A stretch of 64,000 bases of DNA from the NCBI RefSeq assembly GCF_963921235.1, contig NC_086108.1:5952001-6016000 (forward strand), in the 5' to 3' direction. Shown piece after piece: positions 1 to 12,900 of the stretch. Under the pieces are notes generated by a model that did not search any database, was not told the origin of the DNA, and worked only from the letters and a program-made list of their open reading frames with translations. How positions within the stretch are numbered: position 1 is the stretch's first letter; each line of letters starts with the position of its first letter. The translations under genes and the position numbers were made by a program. This DNA is from Mobula hypostoma (Eukaryota).

Positions 1-185
1 AGAAGTGGTAGAGGCAGGTTCGATATTATCATTTAAAGAAAACTTGGATGGGTATATGGACAGGAAAGGAATGGAGGGTTATGGGCTGAGTGCAGGTCGG
101 TGGGACTAGGTGAGAGTAGCGTTCGGCACGGACTAGAAGGGCTGAGATGGCCTGTTACCGTGCTGTAATTGTTATATGGTTATAT
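1..185 (+). mobile_element. CR1 LINE 3' end (cut by window edge)
   Basis: CR1-type ORF2 end and 3'UTR (gaagggctgagatggcctgtt...gtgctgtaa) with a short tail. Confidence 0.75.
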
Positions 186-769
186 AAGTCAATAGCATCA
201 TAACATTTTAAGTAACGTTTGGATGTTAAACACACAGCACATATTTTCCCCGTATGAACATATAAAATCATTGCAACACACCAATATCACTGAATCAGTG
301 GGAGCCTTGGGTTTGTTTTCCTGCAACAAGACGGTCCTATCGAGGGGTGACGGGAGACAGCGATACTCGAAGGGGCTTCCTTATGTCCAGTCTATTCCGC
401 AATTTAGTTTTCGTTGCATTCATTGCAGAGATATGTTGGAAATGGAAGCAACGTTTTCAGTGCTTTCGTGGCTATCTCAGGATATTTAGCCTTGACTTTG
501 ATCCAGAATGCCGGCAGAGATGTTATATCAAACATACTTTTCAGCCCGCCGTCATTTGCAAGCTTGGGGAGCTGATCTTCTTCCCGTGCTGACATGGATG
601 ACGCATGGGTAATGACATCGCATGCATTCAAGTTCAACAGTGGCCGTGACAGGGAATGAGGAAAGGTGCAGCTGACTCCTATCGCCAAATCATATCGTTT
701 CCTCACAGCCCGGTAGCACATGCTTTGCTGCCCGATACCGGTCCACGGCCCTGTGGTTGGGGACCGCTG
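186..769 (-). mobile_element. hAT (Charlie-like) non-autonomous element with transposase C-terminal remnant
   Basis: ORF 404-721(-) has FWIKVKAKYPEIATKALKTLLPFPTYLC (hAT dimerisation region); terminus ggttggggaccgctg. Confidence 0.85.
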
Positions 770-915
770 CTTTATGCCATTTCGGCCCGAACGGTTTCAT
801 AGGAACGCTCTACCTTAGCGGGGGAAATACGGGACAAGGGCAGTCCTGTATGGGACAAAGCAATTTAGCCCAATATATGGGATGTTCCGGCTAATACAGG
901 ACAGCTGGCAACCCG
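770..915. mobile_element. Fragment of the TAGGGTTGCCA-ended DNA element
   Basis: Reverse complement of ~62240-62385; ends ggcaaccc. Confidence 0.75.
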
Positions 916-989
916 GGGGCGGGGGGGAGGTGTTAATCACAACCGGAATATAGGTGATAAGTCAACTATAAGTCACTTATAAGTGGACA

Positions 990-1523
990 ATTCTGATTTG
1001 ATGGAGAATGGACGTGAAAGCACAGAGGAGCATCTGGAGAAATTTCTGAAGCACTCATTCGCTGCTGTCGTTATTGCGTTGTCTTGAATCTTTCGGAGGG
1101 TAGGCCTCAAAATCCCCGGCCTTGCCTGCTTTTGGCGACTGAGAAGGAGGTCGAATTGTTCGGACAGAGATGGCGCTCAGTACTCGGTGTCGGAGAGCTG
1201 ATCAGAGCTCGAAGTTTTTGGATGACTCAGAGTCGTTTTGCGGTCGGCATGGCAGGGAGAGTTTTTCTTCCTTCTCCCTTCTGCGTGAGATGTGGGACAT
1301 TTGAGAGACTTTGAACTTTACTGTGCTCATGGACTTCTTCATCAAGTTATGGTATTGTTGCACTGTTGTAACTATATGTTATAATTATGTTGTTTTGTTA
1401 GTTTTTTCAGTCTTGGTCTGTCCTGTGTTTTGTGATATCACACTGGAGGAAATATTGTATCATTTCTTAATGCATGCATTACTAAATGACAATAAAAGAG
1501 GACTACATGTCTTCATAATCTAA
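990..1523 (+). repeat. Non-coding retroposon 3' part (same family as 22140-22785)
   Basis: 3' end tcttaatgcatgcattactaaatgacaataaaagaggact...cataatctaat matches the reverse complement of 22140-22320. Confidence 0.7.
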
Positions 1524-2136
1524 TACACTCAATTCCATTTCTAAAAGGGTTTTTCTAACGAATTTAATATTAAACACAGTGCATATTTTCCTCACATGAA
1601 TATAGTGATAAGTCAATTACAAGTCACTTATAAGTCAATAGCATCATAACATTTTAAGTAACGTTTGGATATTATACACACAGCACATATTTTCCTCGTA
1701 TGAACATATAAAATCATGGTCACACACCAATATCGCTGAATCAGTGAGAGCCCTGGGCTTGTTTCCCTGCAACAAGACGGTCCTATCGAGGGGTGATGGG
1801 AGACAGCAATACTCAAAAGGGGTTCCTTATGTCCAGTCTATTCCACAGTTTAGTTTTCGTTGCATCCATTGCAGAAAACCCCGCTTTGCAGAGATATGTT
1901 GGAAATGGAAGCAACATTTTCAGTGCTTTCATGGCTATCTCAGGATATTTAGCCTTGACTTTGATCCAGAATGCCGGCAGAGATGTTATGTCAAACATAC
2001 TTTTCAGCCAGCCGTCATTTGCAAGCTCGAGGAGTTGATCTCCTTCCCGCGCTGACATGGATGATATGTGTGTAATGACCTCGCGTGCATTCAAGTTCAA
2101 CAGTGGGCGTAACAGGGAATGAGGAAAGGTGCAGCA
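1524..2136 (-). mobile_element. Second copy of the hAT-Charlie-like remnant
   Basis: ORF 1813-2100(-) LPFPTYLCKAGFSAMDATKTKLWNRLD; near-identical to 186-670. Confidence 0.85.
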
Positions 2137-5100
2137 GAGATGATAGAAACAACAGGCAGGAGATGAGGCTTAATCACAGCCAGTGGCATGAGTCACAGGG
2201 CAATAGAGGCATGGTGCAGTTAAAACAGAAAGCAACAAATACTAGACTGAAGGTGTTATATTTGAATGCACGCAGCATTAGGAATAAAATGGACAATCTT
2301 GAAATTCAGCTACAGATGAGCAAATATGACGTTGTGGCCATTTCTGAAACTTGGCTAAATGATGTCTGCCCTTGGGAGCTGGACATCCAAGGATATATGG
2401 TGTATCAGAAAGATAGGTTAGTAGGCAGAGGGGGTGGTATGGCTCTGTGTATAAGAAATAATATTAAATCATTAGAAAGAGATGACATAGGATTGGAAGG
2501 TGTAGAGTCTCTATGGGTTCAGTTAAGAAATGACAAGGGTAAAAGGACCCTAATGGCAGTTGTATACAGGCCTCCAAACAGCAGCCGGGATGTGGAGTAC
2601 AAATTACAGCAGGAGATAGAAAAGGCGTGTCAGAAGGGCAATGTCATGATAATCATTGGGGATTTTAACATGAAAGTGGATTGGGGAGACTAGGCCAGTA
2701 CTGGACCACAAGAGAGAGAATTTGTAGAATGTCTACGGGATGGTTTTTTAGAACAGCTTGTTGTTGAGCCCACTAGGGGATTGGATGTGCTGGATTAGAT
2801 GTTGTGCAATGATCCGGAGGTGATAAGAGAGCTTAAGGTTAAGGAACCCTTAGGGAACAGTGATCACAATATGATTGAGTTCACATTGAAATTTGAGAGG
2901 GAAAAAAATCCAATATGTCGGTATTTCAGTGGAATAAAGGAAATTACAATGGCATGAGAGGGGCACTGGCTGATGTTGACTGGAAAGGGACATTTGGAGG
3001 AAGGACAGCAGAGCAGCAATGTCTGGAGTTTCTTTAAAAAATGAGGGAAGTGCAAGATGAATATATTCCAAATAAGAAGAAATTTTCAAAGGGAAGAAGG
3101 ACTGTGGCTGACAAGTGAAGTCAGAGCCAAAGTAAAAGCAAAAGAGAGGACATACAAGGAAGTCAGAGCTAGTGGGAAGATAGAGGGTTGCGACGCTTTT
3201 AAAAACTTGCAGAAGGAAACTAATTAGGTCATTAGGAAGGAAAAGATGAATTATGAAAGGAAGCTGGCGACCAATATCAAAGAAAATACTAAAATCTTTT
3301 TTAAGTATATAAAGGGTAAAAGAGAGTTAAGGGTAGATATAGGACCAATAGAAAATGATGCTGGAGATATTGCAATGAGAGACGCAGAGATGGCAGAGGA
3401 ACTGAATGCGTACTTTGCATCACTCTTCACAGTGGAAGACGTCTGCAGTATACTGGACATTCAGGAGTGTCAGGGAAGTGAAATATGTGCAGTGAAAATT
3501 ACAACTGAGAAGGTGCTTAGGAAGCTTAATGGTCTGAGGGTGGATAAATCTCCTGGACCTGATGGAATGCACCCTTGGTTTCTGAAGGAAGTAGCTGGAG
3601 AGATTGTGGAGGCATTAACAATGATCTTTCAAGAATCGATAGATTCTGGCATTGTACCGGATGACTTGGGTAGTGGGTAGTGGCTCCATATGTCACTACT
3701 ACAGGGCGTAATGACCCTGACTTACATGAGTCCCGGGCTCAGCTGGCTCCGGCTGACAGTACCCGGTATGGGCCCCTATCCAGGGTTACGGATCCCACTG
3801 CCTTGTGGGTATCTTCGGGAGAAGAGAAGGCTGAGGAGTAAACCCTGCACAAATCCGGAGTGGAGGCCCTAAGGCGGTTGGATGACGTATCACGTCACCT
3901 CCCGGCAGCTCCTAGAGCCAAGATGATGCCAAATGTACTGCTTCGCATTCCTTTGCACCACATCCGCGAGGCCGAGAGGGGGATCTTGATGTCTGGGCAG
4001 CCCAGGATCTCCATATTCATCGCCCAGGTCTGCGTCCCGGAGAAAAACCGGGAGCATCCATTGTCTACTTAGGCAGACGGAGCCATTAATTACCAGATGA
4101 CTGGACAATTGCAAATGTAACTCCCCTATTTAAGAAGGGTGGGAGGCAGCAGAAAGGAAACTATAGACCTGTTAGCCTGACATCAGTGGTTGGAAAGTTA
4201 TTGGAATCGATTGTTAGGGATGAGATTACGGAGTACCTGGAGGCACATGACAAGATAGGCCAAAGCCAGCATGCTTTCCTGAAAGGAAAATCCTGCCTAA
4301 CAAACCTACTGTAATTCTTTAAGGAAATTACAAGTAGGGTAAACAAAGGAGATGTAGTAGATGTGGTGTACTTGGATTTTCAGAAGGCCTTTGATAAGGT
4401 GCCGCACATGAGGCTGCTTAGCAAGATAAGAGCCCATGGAATTACAGGGAAGTTACTTCATGGGTGGAGCATTGGCTGGTCAGCAGAAAACAGAGAGTGG
4501 GAGTAAAGGGATCCTATTCTGGCTGGCTGCTGGTTACCAGTGGAGTTCCACTGGGGTCGGTGTTGGGACCGCTGCTTTTTATGATCTATGTCAATGATTT
4601 GGACTGTGGGATTAATGGATTTGTGGCTAAATTTGCCGATGATACAAGGATAGGTGAAGGAGCGGGTAGTGTTGAGGAAACAGAGAGCCTGCAGATAGTC
4701 TTAGATTGTTTAGGGGTGTGGGCAAAAAAGGGGCAAATTAAATACAATGTGGGAAAGTGTATGGTCATGCACTTTGGGGGAAGAAATAAACAGGCAGACT
4801 ATTATTTAGATGGAGAGAGAATTCAAAATGCAGAGGTACAAAGGGACTTGGGAGTCCTTATGCAAGATACCCTAAAGGTTAACCTCCAGGTTGAGTCGGC
4901 GGTGAAGAAGGCGATTGCAATGTTGGCATTCATTTCTAGAGGTATAGAATATAAGAGCAGGGATGTGATGTTGAGGCTCTGTAAGGCACCCATGAGACAC
5001 ACGAAGTATTGTGTGCAGTTTTGGGCTCCTTATTTTAGAAAGGATATACTGACATTGGAGAAGGTTCAGAGAAGATTCACGAGAATGATTCCAGGAATGA

Positions 5101-5568
5101 AAGGGTTACCGTATGAGGAATGTCTGGCAGCTCTTGGGCTGTATTCCCTGGAGTTCAGGAGAATGAGGGGGGAATCTCATGGAAACATTCCGAATGTTAA
5201 AAGGCCTGAACAGATTAGATATGGCAAAGTTATTTCGCATGGTAGGGGATTCTAGGACAAGAAGGCACGACTTCAGGATTGAAGGACCTTCTTTTAGAAC
5301 TGAGATGCGGAGAAATTACTTTAGTCAGAGGGTGGTAAATCTGTGGAATTTGATGCCACAAGCAACTGTGGAGGCCAAGTCATTGGGTGTATTTAAGGCA
5401 GAGATAGATATGTTCTTGATTAGCCAGGGCATCAAAGGATATGAGGTGAAGGCAGAGGAGTGGGAATGACTGGAAGAATTGGATCAGCCTGTGATTGAAT
5501 GGTGGAGCAGACTCGATGGGCCGAATAGCCTACTTCTGCTCCTATATTTTATGTTCTTATGGTCTTAC
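2137..5568 (+). mobile_element. CR1 LINE, 5'-truncated, degraded ORF2 (APE endonuclease + RT)
   Basis: LNARSIRNK, ETWL, YRPPN and GDFN endonuclease motifs; KFADDT RT motif; CR1 3'UTR with (tcttatgg)-type tail; stops and frameshifts. Confidence 0.95.
3667..4090 (+). mobile_element. Non-coding retroposon (RTE 5'UTR-like) inserted in CR1
   Basis: Flanked by 12-bp TSD taccggatgact (3655-3666) / taccagatgact (4091-4102); interrupts CR1 ORF2. Confidence 0.75.
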
Positions 5569-6200
5569 TTAATGTCAGAGAATGTATACAGTATACAGCC
5601 TGAAATTCCTACTCTTCACAGACATCCATGAAACAGAAGAAAACCTCAAAGAATGAGTGACAGAAACATTAGAACCCTAAGACCCCCCTTCCCCACCCAA
5701 GCACAAGCAGCAGTAAAGGCATCAGCCCCCCACCCCACCCCCACACCCACCATGCAAGCCCCCAAAGAGACCATGATGAAAAACTACAGTCCATCCCAGC
5801 ACCTTGACATCTCAGACAAGCTCCCTCTCTCTCACCTGAGAGCAGGAGCTTTCTTTCAACAGCTGCGCCCACGCCTGCTGTCTTGATGTTTCAATCTCCT
5901 GCGACGCTTCAATCAGCAAGCAATCGAGTCGTCCAAAGGGCCGCCCCTCGAAGGTGCACGTCTTCCAGACCGCACCTGGAGATATTGAAACGCCGGGTCC
6001 AAGAGTGAGAACCCACCGCCCGAAGAGAACTGTAGTTTGAGCTGCAGCTGTAAATCACGGACCCCCACAGGACCCCAGCCACCTTGAGAAGAAAAGAGAG
6101 ACGTGCGAAAGGAAGAATAAGCTGTTTTGCAAATGAACTGGAAGAAGTCAGCTGGGTTTGCAAAAACCTCTGCAGCCATCTTTAGTTTCCTCCCACTCCC
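5569..6200 (-). repeat. Non-coding retroposon with L2/Rex-like 3' tail
   Basis: Minus-strand tail gaatttcaggctgtatactgtatacattctctgacattaa is shared with 20446-20510 and 62097-62910. Confidence 0.6.
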
Positions 6201-6329
6201 GCTGATGTTGAACGTGAGGTTATTGTGACACGACTCAATCAGCAGATCCATCTCACTGCCTCAACGCCATCTGAGATTCAACCAACAACAGTGGTTTGGT
6301 TATTAAAACTGAGGCCATGGTGATGAATC

Positions 6330-6990
6330 AGGTTCAGAATCAAGTTTAATATCACTGGCAAATGTGGTGAAATTTGTTGTTATGTGGCAGCAGCACATAG
6401 CAATACATAATAATAAAAACTGAAGTACAGTCAGAGCTGTATAAATATAAAGTTAAGTTAAATAAGTGGTGCAAAAAGAGAAAAAAAAGTAGTGAGGTAG
6501 TGTTCATGAGTTCAATGTCCATTCAGAAATTGGATGGCAGAGGGGAAGAAGTTGTTCCTAAACGTTGAGTGTGTGTCTTCAGGCTCCTGTACCTCCTCCC
6601 TGATGGTAGCAATGAGAAGAGGGCAGGTCCTGGGTGGTAAATGATGTCCTGGGCGAAGCTGTAATTGATAAACAACAGACTGACATATGTCTTGTGGCTG
6701 TCTAGGTGCTACAAAACAGAGCGAGGAGCCAATGATTCTGCATCCACTGCAGACCTCTTGTGGCAGTAGGTGAATCGCAAAGGGTTCAAGTCCTCGCTTT
6801 GACTCTACCAAACCTCTCAAAACATTCCATTAGAGTAGTTGTGAGTGCTACAGGGCAATAGTCATTGAGGTACATCATCCTGTTTTCTTGGTCACCTGAA
6901 TGATTGCTGCCCTTTTGAAGCAGGTGAGAACCTCAAGACTGTGGTAGTGACATGTTGAAGATGTCTTTGAATACATCAGCCAGTTAGCCA
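6330..6990 (-). mobile_element. Rex1/L2-like LINE fragments (3' end and RT piece)
   Basis: TFRNNFFPSAIQFLNGH C-terminus; 3'UTR ending gatattaaacttgattctgaa. Confidence 0.7.
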
Positions 6991-7171
6991 AAGTAGCCCA
7001 TTTGGCCCCTTGAGCCCGTTCCACAATTCAATAAAATCAGATTGGAATATCAACTCCACATTCCTTCCGACTTTTCCCTTAAAAGTATTCATAGATTATG
7101 CTTCCACTATGAATTCTATTGAATATTTAATATTTAAAGACTCAGATAGAGTGGCTGTTGAGAGGATGTTT

Positions 7172-9380
7172 CTGAACTTAAGGTTCTGAACTTAAAGAAG
7201 GGTAACTTTGAAGGTATGAGACGTGAATTAGCTAAGATAGACTGGCAAATGATACTTAAAGGGTTGATGGTGGATATGCAATGGCAAGCATTTAAAGATC
7301 GCATGGATGAACTACAACAATTGTTCATCCCAGTTTGGCAAAAGAATAAATCAGGGAAGGCAGTGCACCTGTGGCTGACAAGGGAAATTAGGGATAGTAT
7401 CAATTCCAAAGAAGAAACATACAAATTAGCCAGAAAAAGCGGCTCACCTGAGGACTGGGAGAAATTCAGAGTCCAGCAGAGGAGGACAAATGGAAAGGGA
7501 AAAAAGATTATGAGAGAAAACTGGCAGGGAACATAAAAACTGACTGTCAAAGCTTTTATAGATATGTGAAAAGACAAATGTAGGTCCCCTACAGACAGAA
7601 ACAGGTGAATTGATTATGGGGAACAAGGACATGGCAGACCAATTGAATAATTACTTTGGTTCTGTCTTCACTAAGGAGGACATAAATAATCTTCCAGAAA
7701 TAGTAAGGGACAGAGGGTCCAGTGAGATGGAGGAATTGAGGGAAATACATGTTAGTAGGGAAGTGGTGTTAGGTAAATTGAAGGGATTAAAGGCAGATAA
7801 ATCCCCAGGGCCAGATGGTCTGCATCCCAGAGTGCTTAAGGAAGTAGCCCAAGAAATAGTGGATGCATTAGTGATAATTCTTTAAAACTCTTTAGATTCT
7901 GGACTAGTTCCTGAGGATTGGAGGGTGGCTAATGTAACCCCGCTTTTTAAAAAAGGAGGGAGAGAGAAACCGGGGAATTATAGACCGGTTAGCCTAACAT
8001 TGGTGGTGGGGAAAATGCTAGAGTCAGTTATCAAAGATGTGATAACAGCACATTTGGAAAGCGGTGAAATCATCGGACAAAGTCAGCATGGATTTGTGAA
8101 AGGAAAATCATGTCTGATGAATCTCATAGAATTTTTTGAGGATTTAAATAGTAGAGTGGATAGGGGAGAACCAGTGGATGTGGTATATTTGGATTTTCAA
8201 AAGGTATTTGTCAAGGTCCCACACAGGAAATTAGTATGCAAACATAAAGCACACGGTATTGGGGGTAAGGTATTGATGTGGATAGAGAATTGGTTGGCAG
8301 ACAGGAAGCAAAGAGTGGGTATAAACGGGACCTTTTCAGAATGGCAGGCAGTGACTAGTGGGGTACTGCAAGGCTCAGTGCTGGGACCCCAGTTGTTTGC
8401 AATATATATTAATGACTTAGATGAGGGAATTAAATGCAGTATCTCCAAGTTTGCGGATGACACGAAGCTGGGCGGCAGTGTTAGCTGTGAGGAGGATGCT
8501 AAGAGGATGCAGGGTGACTTGGATAGGTTAGGTGAGTGGGCAAGTTCATGGCAGATGCAATATAATGTGGATAAATGTGAGGTTATCCACTTTGGTGGCA
8601 AAAACAGGAAAACAGATTATTATCTGAATGGTGGCCGATTAGGAAAAGGGGAGGTGCAACAAGACCTGGGTGTCATTATACACCAGTCATTGAAAGTGGG
8701 CATGCAGGTACAGCAGGCGGTGAAAAAGGCGAATGGTATGCTGGCATTTATAGCGAGAGGATTCGAGTACAGGAGCAGGGAGGTACTACTGCAGTTGTAC
8801 AAGGCCTTGGTGAGACCACACCTGGAGTATTGTGTGCAGTTTTGGTCTCCTAATCTGAGGAAAGACATCCTTGCCATAGAGGGAGTACAAAGAAGGTTCA
8901 ACAGATTGATTCCTGGGATGGCAGGACTTTCATATGTTGAAAGACTGGATCGACTAGGCTTATACTCATTGGAATTTAGAAGATTGAGGGGGGATCTTAC
9001 TGAAACGTATAAAATCCTAAAAGGATTGGACAGGTTAGATGCAGGAAGATTGTTCCCAATGTTGGGGAAGTCCAGAATGAAGGGTCACGGTTTAAGGATA
9101 AAGGGGAAGCCTTTTAGGACTGAGATGAGGAAAAACTTCTTCACACAGAGAGTGGTGAATCTGTGGAATTCTCTGCCACAGGAAACAGTTGAGGCCAGTT
9201 CATGGGCTATATTTAAGAGGGAATTAGATATGGCCCTTGTGGCTAAAGGGATCAGGGGGTATGGAGGGAAGGCTGGTACAGGGTTCTGAGTTGGATGATC
9301 AGCCATGATCATACTGAATGGCGGTGCAGGCTCAAAGGGCCAAATGGCCTACTCCTGCACCTATATTCTATGTTTCTCTG
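7172..9380 (+). mobile_element. Young CR1 LINE, 5'-truncated, open 454-aa RT/C-terminal frame, nested in an older CR1 (7138-7171 + 9381-9775)
   Basis: ORF 7925-9289 has NYRPVSLT, QHGF, LDFQK, QGSVLGP and KFADDT; tail ttctatgtttct; the host CR1 resumes after it. Confidence 0.95.
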
Positions 9381-9445
9381 TATCTATAGTGGGGGAGTCT
9401 AGGACCACAGGGCACATCCTCGGAATAAAGGAAGTCCCTTTAGAT

Positions 9446-9512
9446 TCTGGGGCCCACAGACCCCTTGGTTAATGGTAAGGCTCCATTGCATAAAAAAGGT
9501 AGGGAACTACTG
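9446..9512. mobile_element. Partial hAT-type MITE inserted in CR1
   Basis: Ends aaaaaggtagggaactactg; flanked by ctttagat / ctttagaa (8-bp TSD-like). Confidence 0.6.
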
Positions 9513-9959
9513 CTTTAGAACAAATATGAGAAGAAATTTCTTTAGCCAGAGGGTGGTGAATCTGTGGAATTCATTGCCACAACAGCTATGGAGGACAAGT
9601 CATCGAGTATATTTAAAGTGGAAGTTGATAGGTTCTTGATTAGTACAGCCGTCAAAAGTTATAGGGAGAAGGCAGGAGAATGGGGTTGAGAGGAATAACA
9701 AATCAGCTGTGATGCAATGGTAGAGCAGACTGAATGGGCTGAATGGCCTGTTTCTGCTTCTATGTATCATAATCACTACACTTTCAGGAAGAATATTTCA
9801 AAGATTCATGATTGGTGAAAAAAATTCACAATCTTTTTCTTAAATGGACAACTCCTCATTTTTAATCCTCAACTGAAGGATTTTTGCCACAATAGGAAAC
9901 ACCATATCTACCCTGCCAAGACTCCAGATCATCTTATATGTTTCAAAAGCAAACTCTGC

Positions 9960-12900
9960 ATTTTTCTCGGCGGTTGATCGGGACAGGACTGCGCAAGCAC
10001 GTGTAAGTCAGTCCGTGAGCCAGCGGGAGTATTTAAAAGAGAGCAGTTTGACGGAGCGGACGATGTTGTAGCGGGCGACAGAGTAGAGGGGGACAGAGTA
10101 GGGAGGCTTTGTCTTGAGAGGCTTCGGCGAGCAGAGGCTGAGGACGAGCTTCACTCCAAGTGAGGTAAGGCCAGGTAAGTTCCTTTAAAAGGAGAACAGT
10201 CTGCAGCAGTATTTTATTTGAAGCAAGGAAGGCGGCGAGGCTGTAGCGTATTGGATAGATCATGACAGCTGAGATCGGCCCTGTGGTTTGTTCCTCCTGC
10301 AGCATGTGGGAGATCAGGGATACTTCCAGTGTCCCTGACAACTAAGTGTGCAGGAAATGTGTCCAGCTGCAGTTTCTGGCAGACCGCCAGTGGATGGAGC
10401 TGCGATTGGATTCATACTGGAGCATCCGCGATGCTGAGAAAGTCGTGAATAGCACATTCAGTGAGTTGGCCACACTGCAGGTAAAGGCTACACAGGCAGA
10501 AAGGGAATGGGTGGCCACTAAACAGCGTAGCAGTAGGCAGGTAGTGCAGAAATCCCCTGAGGTCATCTCCCTCCTAAACAGATATACTGTTTTGGATACT
10601 GTTGGGGGAGATGTCTCATCAGGGGAAGGCAGCAGCAGCCGAGTTCATGGCACCATGGGTGGCTCTGCGGCACAGGAGGGAAGGAAAAGGAGTGGGAGAG
10701 CTATAGTGATAGGGGATTCGATTGTAAGGGGAATAGATAGGCTTTTCTGCGGCCACAAACAAGACTCCAGGAGGGTATGTTGCCTCCCTGGTGCAAGGGT
10801 CAAGGATGTCTCTGAGCGGCTGCAGAACATTCTGGAGTGGGAGGGTGAACAGCCAGTGGTCGTGGTGCACATAGGTACCAACGATATAGGAGAAAAATGG
10901 GATGAGGTCCTACAAGGTGAATTTAGGGAGTTAGGAGATAAACTAAAAAGTAGGACCACAAAGGTAATAATCGCTGGATTACTACCAGTGCCACGTGCTA
11001 GTCAGAGTAGAAATAGGAGGATATATCAGATGAATAAGTGGCTTGAAAAATGGTGCAAAGAGAAGGGATTCAAATTTCTGGGGCATTGGAACCAGTTCTG
11101 GAGGAGGTGGGACCGGTACAAACAGGACGGTCTGCACCTGGGCTGGACTGGAACCAATGTCCTAGGGGGAGCGTTTGCTACTGTTGTTCAGGAGGAGTTA
11201 AACTAATGTGGCAGGGTGCTGGGAACAAGTGCAGAGAGACAGAGGGGTGTAAAATGAGGGTAGAAGCAAAAAGTAGTAAGGTGAAAAGTAAAAGTGGCAG
11301 AACGGCAAATCCAGGGCAAAAATCAAAAAGGGCCTCTTTTCAACATAATTGTATAAGGGCTATGAGTGTTGTAAAAGCAAGCCTGAGGCTTTGTGTGCCA
11401 ATGCAAGGAGCATTCATAACAAGGTGGATGAATTAAAAGTGTAGATTGTTATTAATGAATATGATATAGTTGGGATCACAGAGACATGGCTCCAGGGTGA
11501 CCAAGGATGGGAGCTCAACATTCAGGGATATTCAATAATCAGGAGGAATAGACATGAAAGAAAAGGAGGTGGGGTTGCATTACTGGTTAGAAAGAAGATT
11601 AACGCAATAGAAAGTAAGGACATTAGCCGGGAGGATGTGGAATCGATATGGGTAGAGCTGCATAACACTAAGGGGCAGAAAACACTGGTAGGAGTTGTGT
11701 ACAGGCCACCTAACAGTAGTAGTGAGGTTGGGGATGGCATTAAACAGGAAATTAGAAATGCGTGCAATAAAGGAACAGCAGTTATAATGGGTGACTTCAA
11801 TCTACATATAGATTGGGTGAACCAAATTGGTAAGGGTGCTGAGGAAGAGGATTTCTTGGAATGTATGCGGGATGGTTTTCCGAACCAACATGTCGAGGAA
11901 CCAACTAGAGAGCAGGCCATTCTAGACTGGGTATTGAGAAATGAGGAAGGGTTAATTAGCCATCTTGTTGTGAGAGGCCCCTTGGGTAAGAGTGACCATA
12001 ATATGGTGGAATTCTTCATTAAGATGGAGAGTGACATAGTTAATTCAGAAACAAAGGTTCTGAACTTAAAGAAGGGTGACTTTGAAGGTATGAGACGTGA
12101 TTTAGCTAAGATAGACTGGCAAATGATACATAAAGGGTTGACGGTGGATATGCAATTGCAAGCATTTAAAGATTGAATGGATGAACTACAACAATTGTTC
12201 ATCCCAGTTTGGCAAAAGAATAAACCAGGGAAGGTAGTGCACCCATGGCTGACAAGGGAAATTAGGGATAGTATCAATTCCAAAGAAGAAACATACAAAT
12301 TAACCAGAAACAGCGGCTCACCTGAGGACTGGGAGAAATTCAGAGTCCAGCAGAGGAGGACAAAGGGCTTAATTAGGAAGGAGAAAAAAGATTATGAGAG
12401 AAAACTGGCAGGGAACATAAAAACTGACTGTAAAAGCTTTTATAGATATGTGAAAAGAAAAAGATTGGTTAAGACAAATGTAGGTCCCCTACAGACAGAA
12501 ACAGGTGAATTGATTATGGGGAGCAAGGACACGGCAGACCAATTGAATAAATACTTTGGTTCTGTCTTCACTAAGGAGGACACAAATAATCTTCCAGAAA
12601 TAGTAGGGGACAGAGGGTCTAGATTCTGGACTAGTTCCTGAGGATTGGAGGGTAGCTAATGTTACCCCGCTTTTCAAAAAAGGAGGGAGAGAGAAACCGG
12701 GGAATTATAGACTGGTTAGCCTAACATTGGTGGTGGGGAAAATGCTAGAGTCAGTTATCAAAGATGTGATAATAGCACATTTGGAAAGCGGTGAAATCAT
12801 CGGACAAAGTCAGCATGGATTTGTGAAAGGAAAATCATGTTTGACGAATCTCATAGAATTTTTTGAAGACGTAACTAGTAGAGTGGATAGGGGAGAACTA

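Noticed and set aside
8197..8901. Recurrent antisense ORFs (MPPKWITSHL..., MNLLCTPSM...) at several loci
   Set aside because: They are the reverse strand of repeated CR1 RT copies, not independent genes
10346..11206. SGNH esterase ORF as a host or captured gene
   Set aside because: It is the standard CR1 ORF1 domain, directly upstream of ORF2
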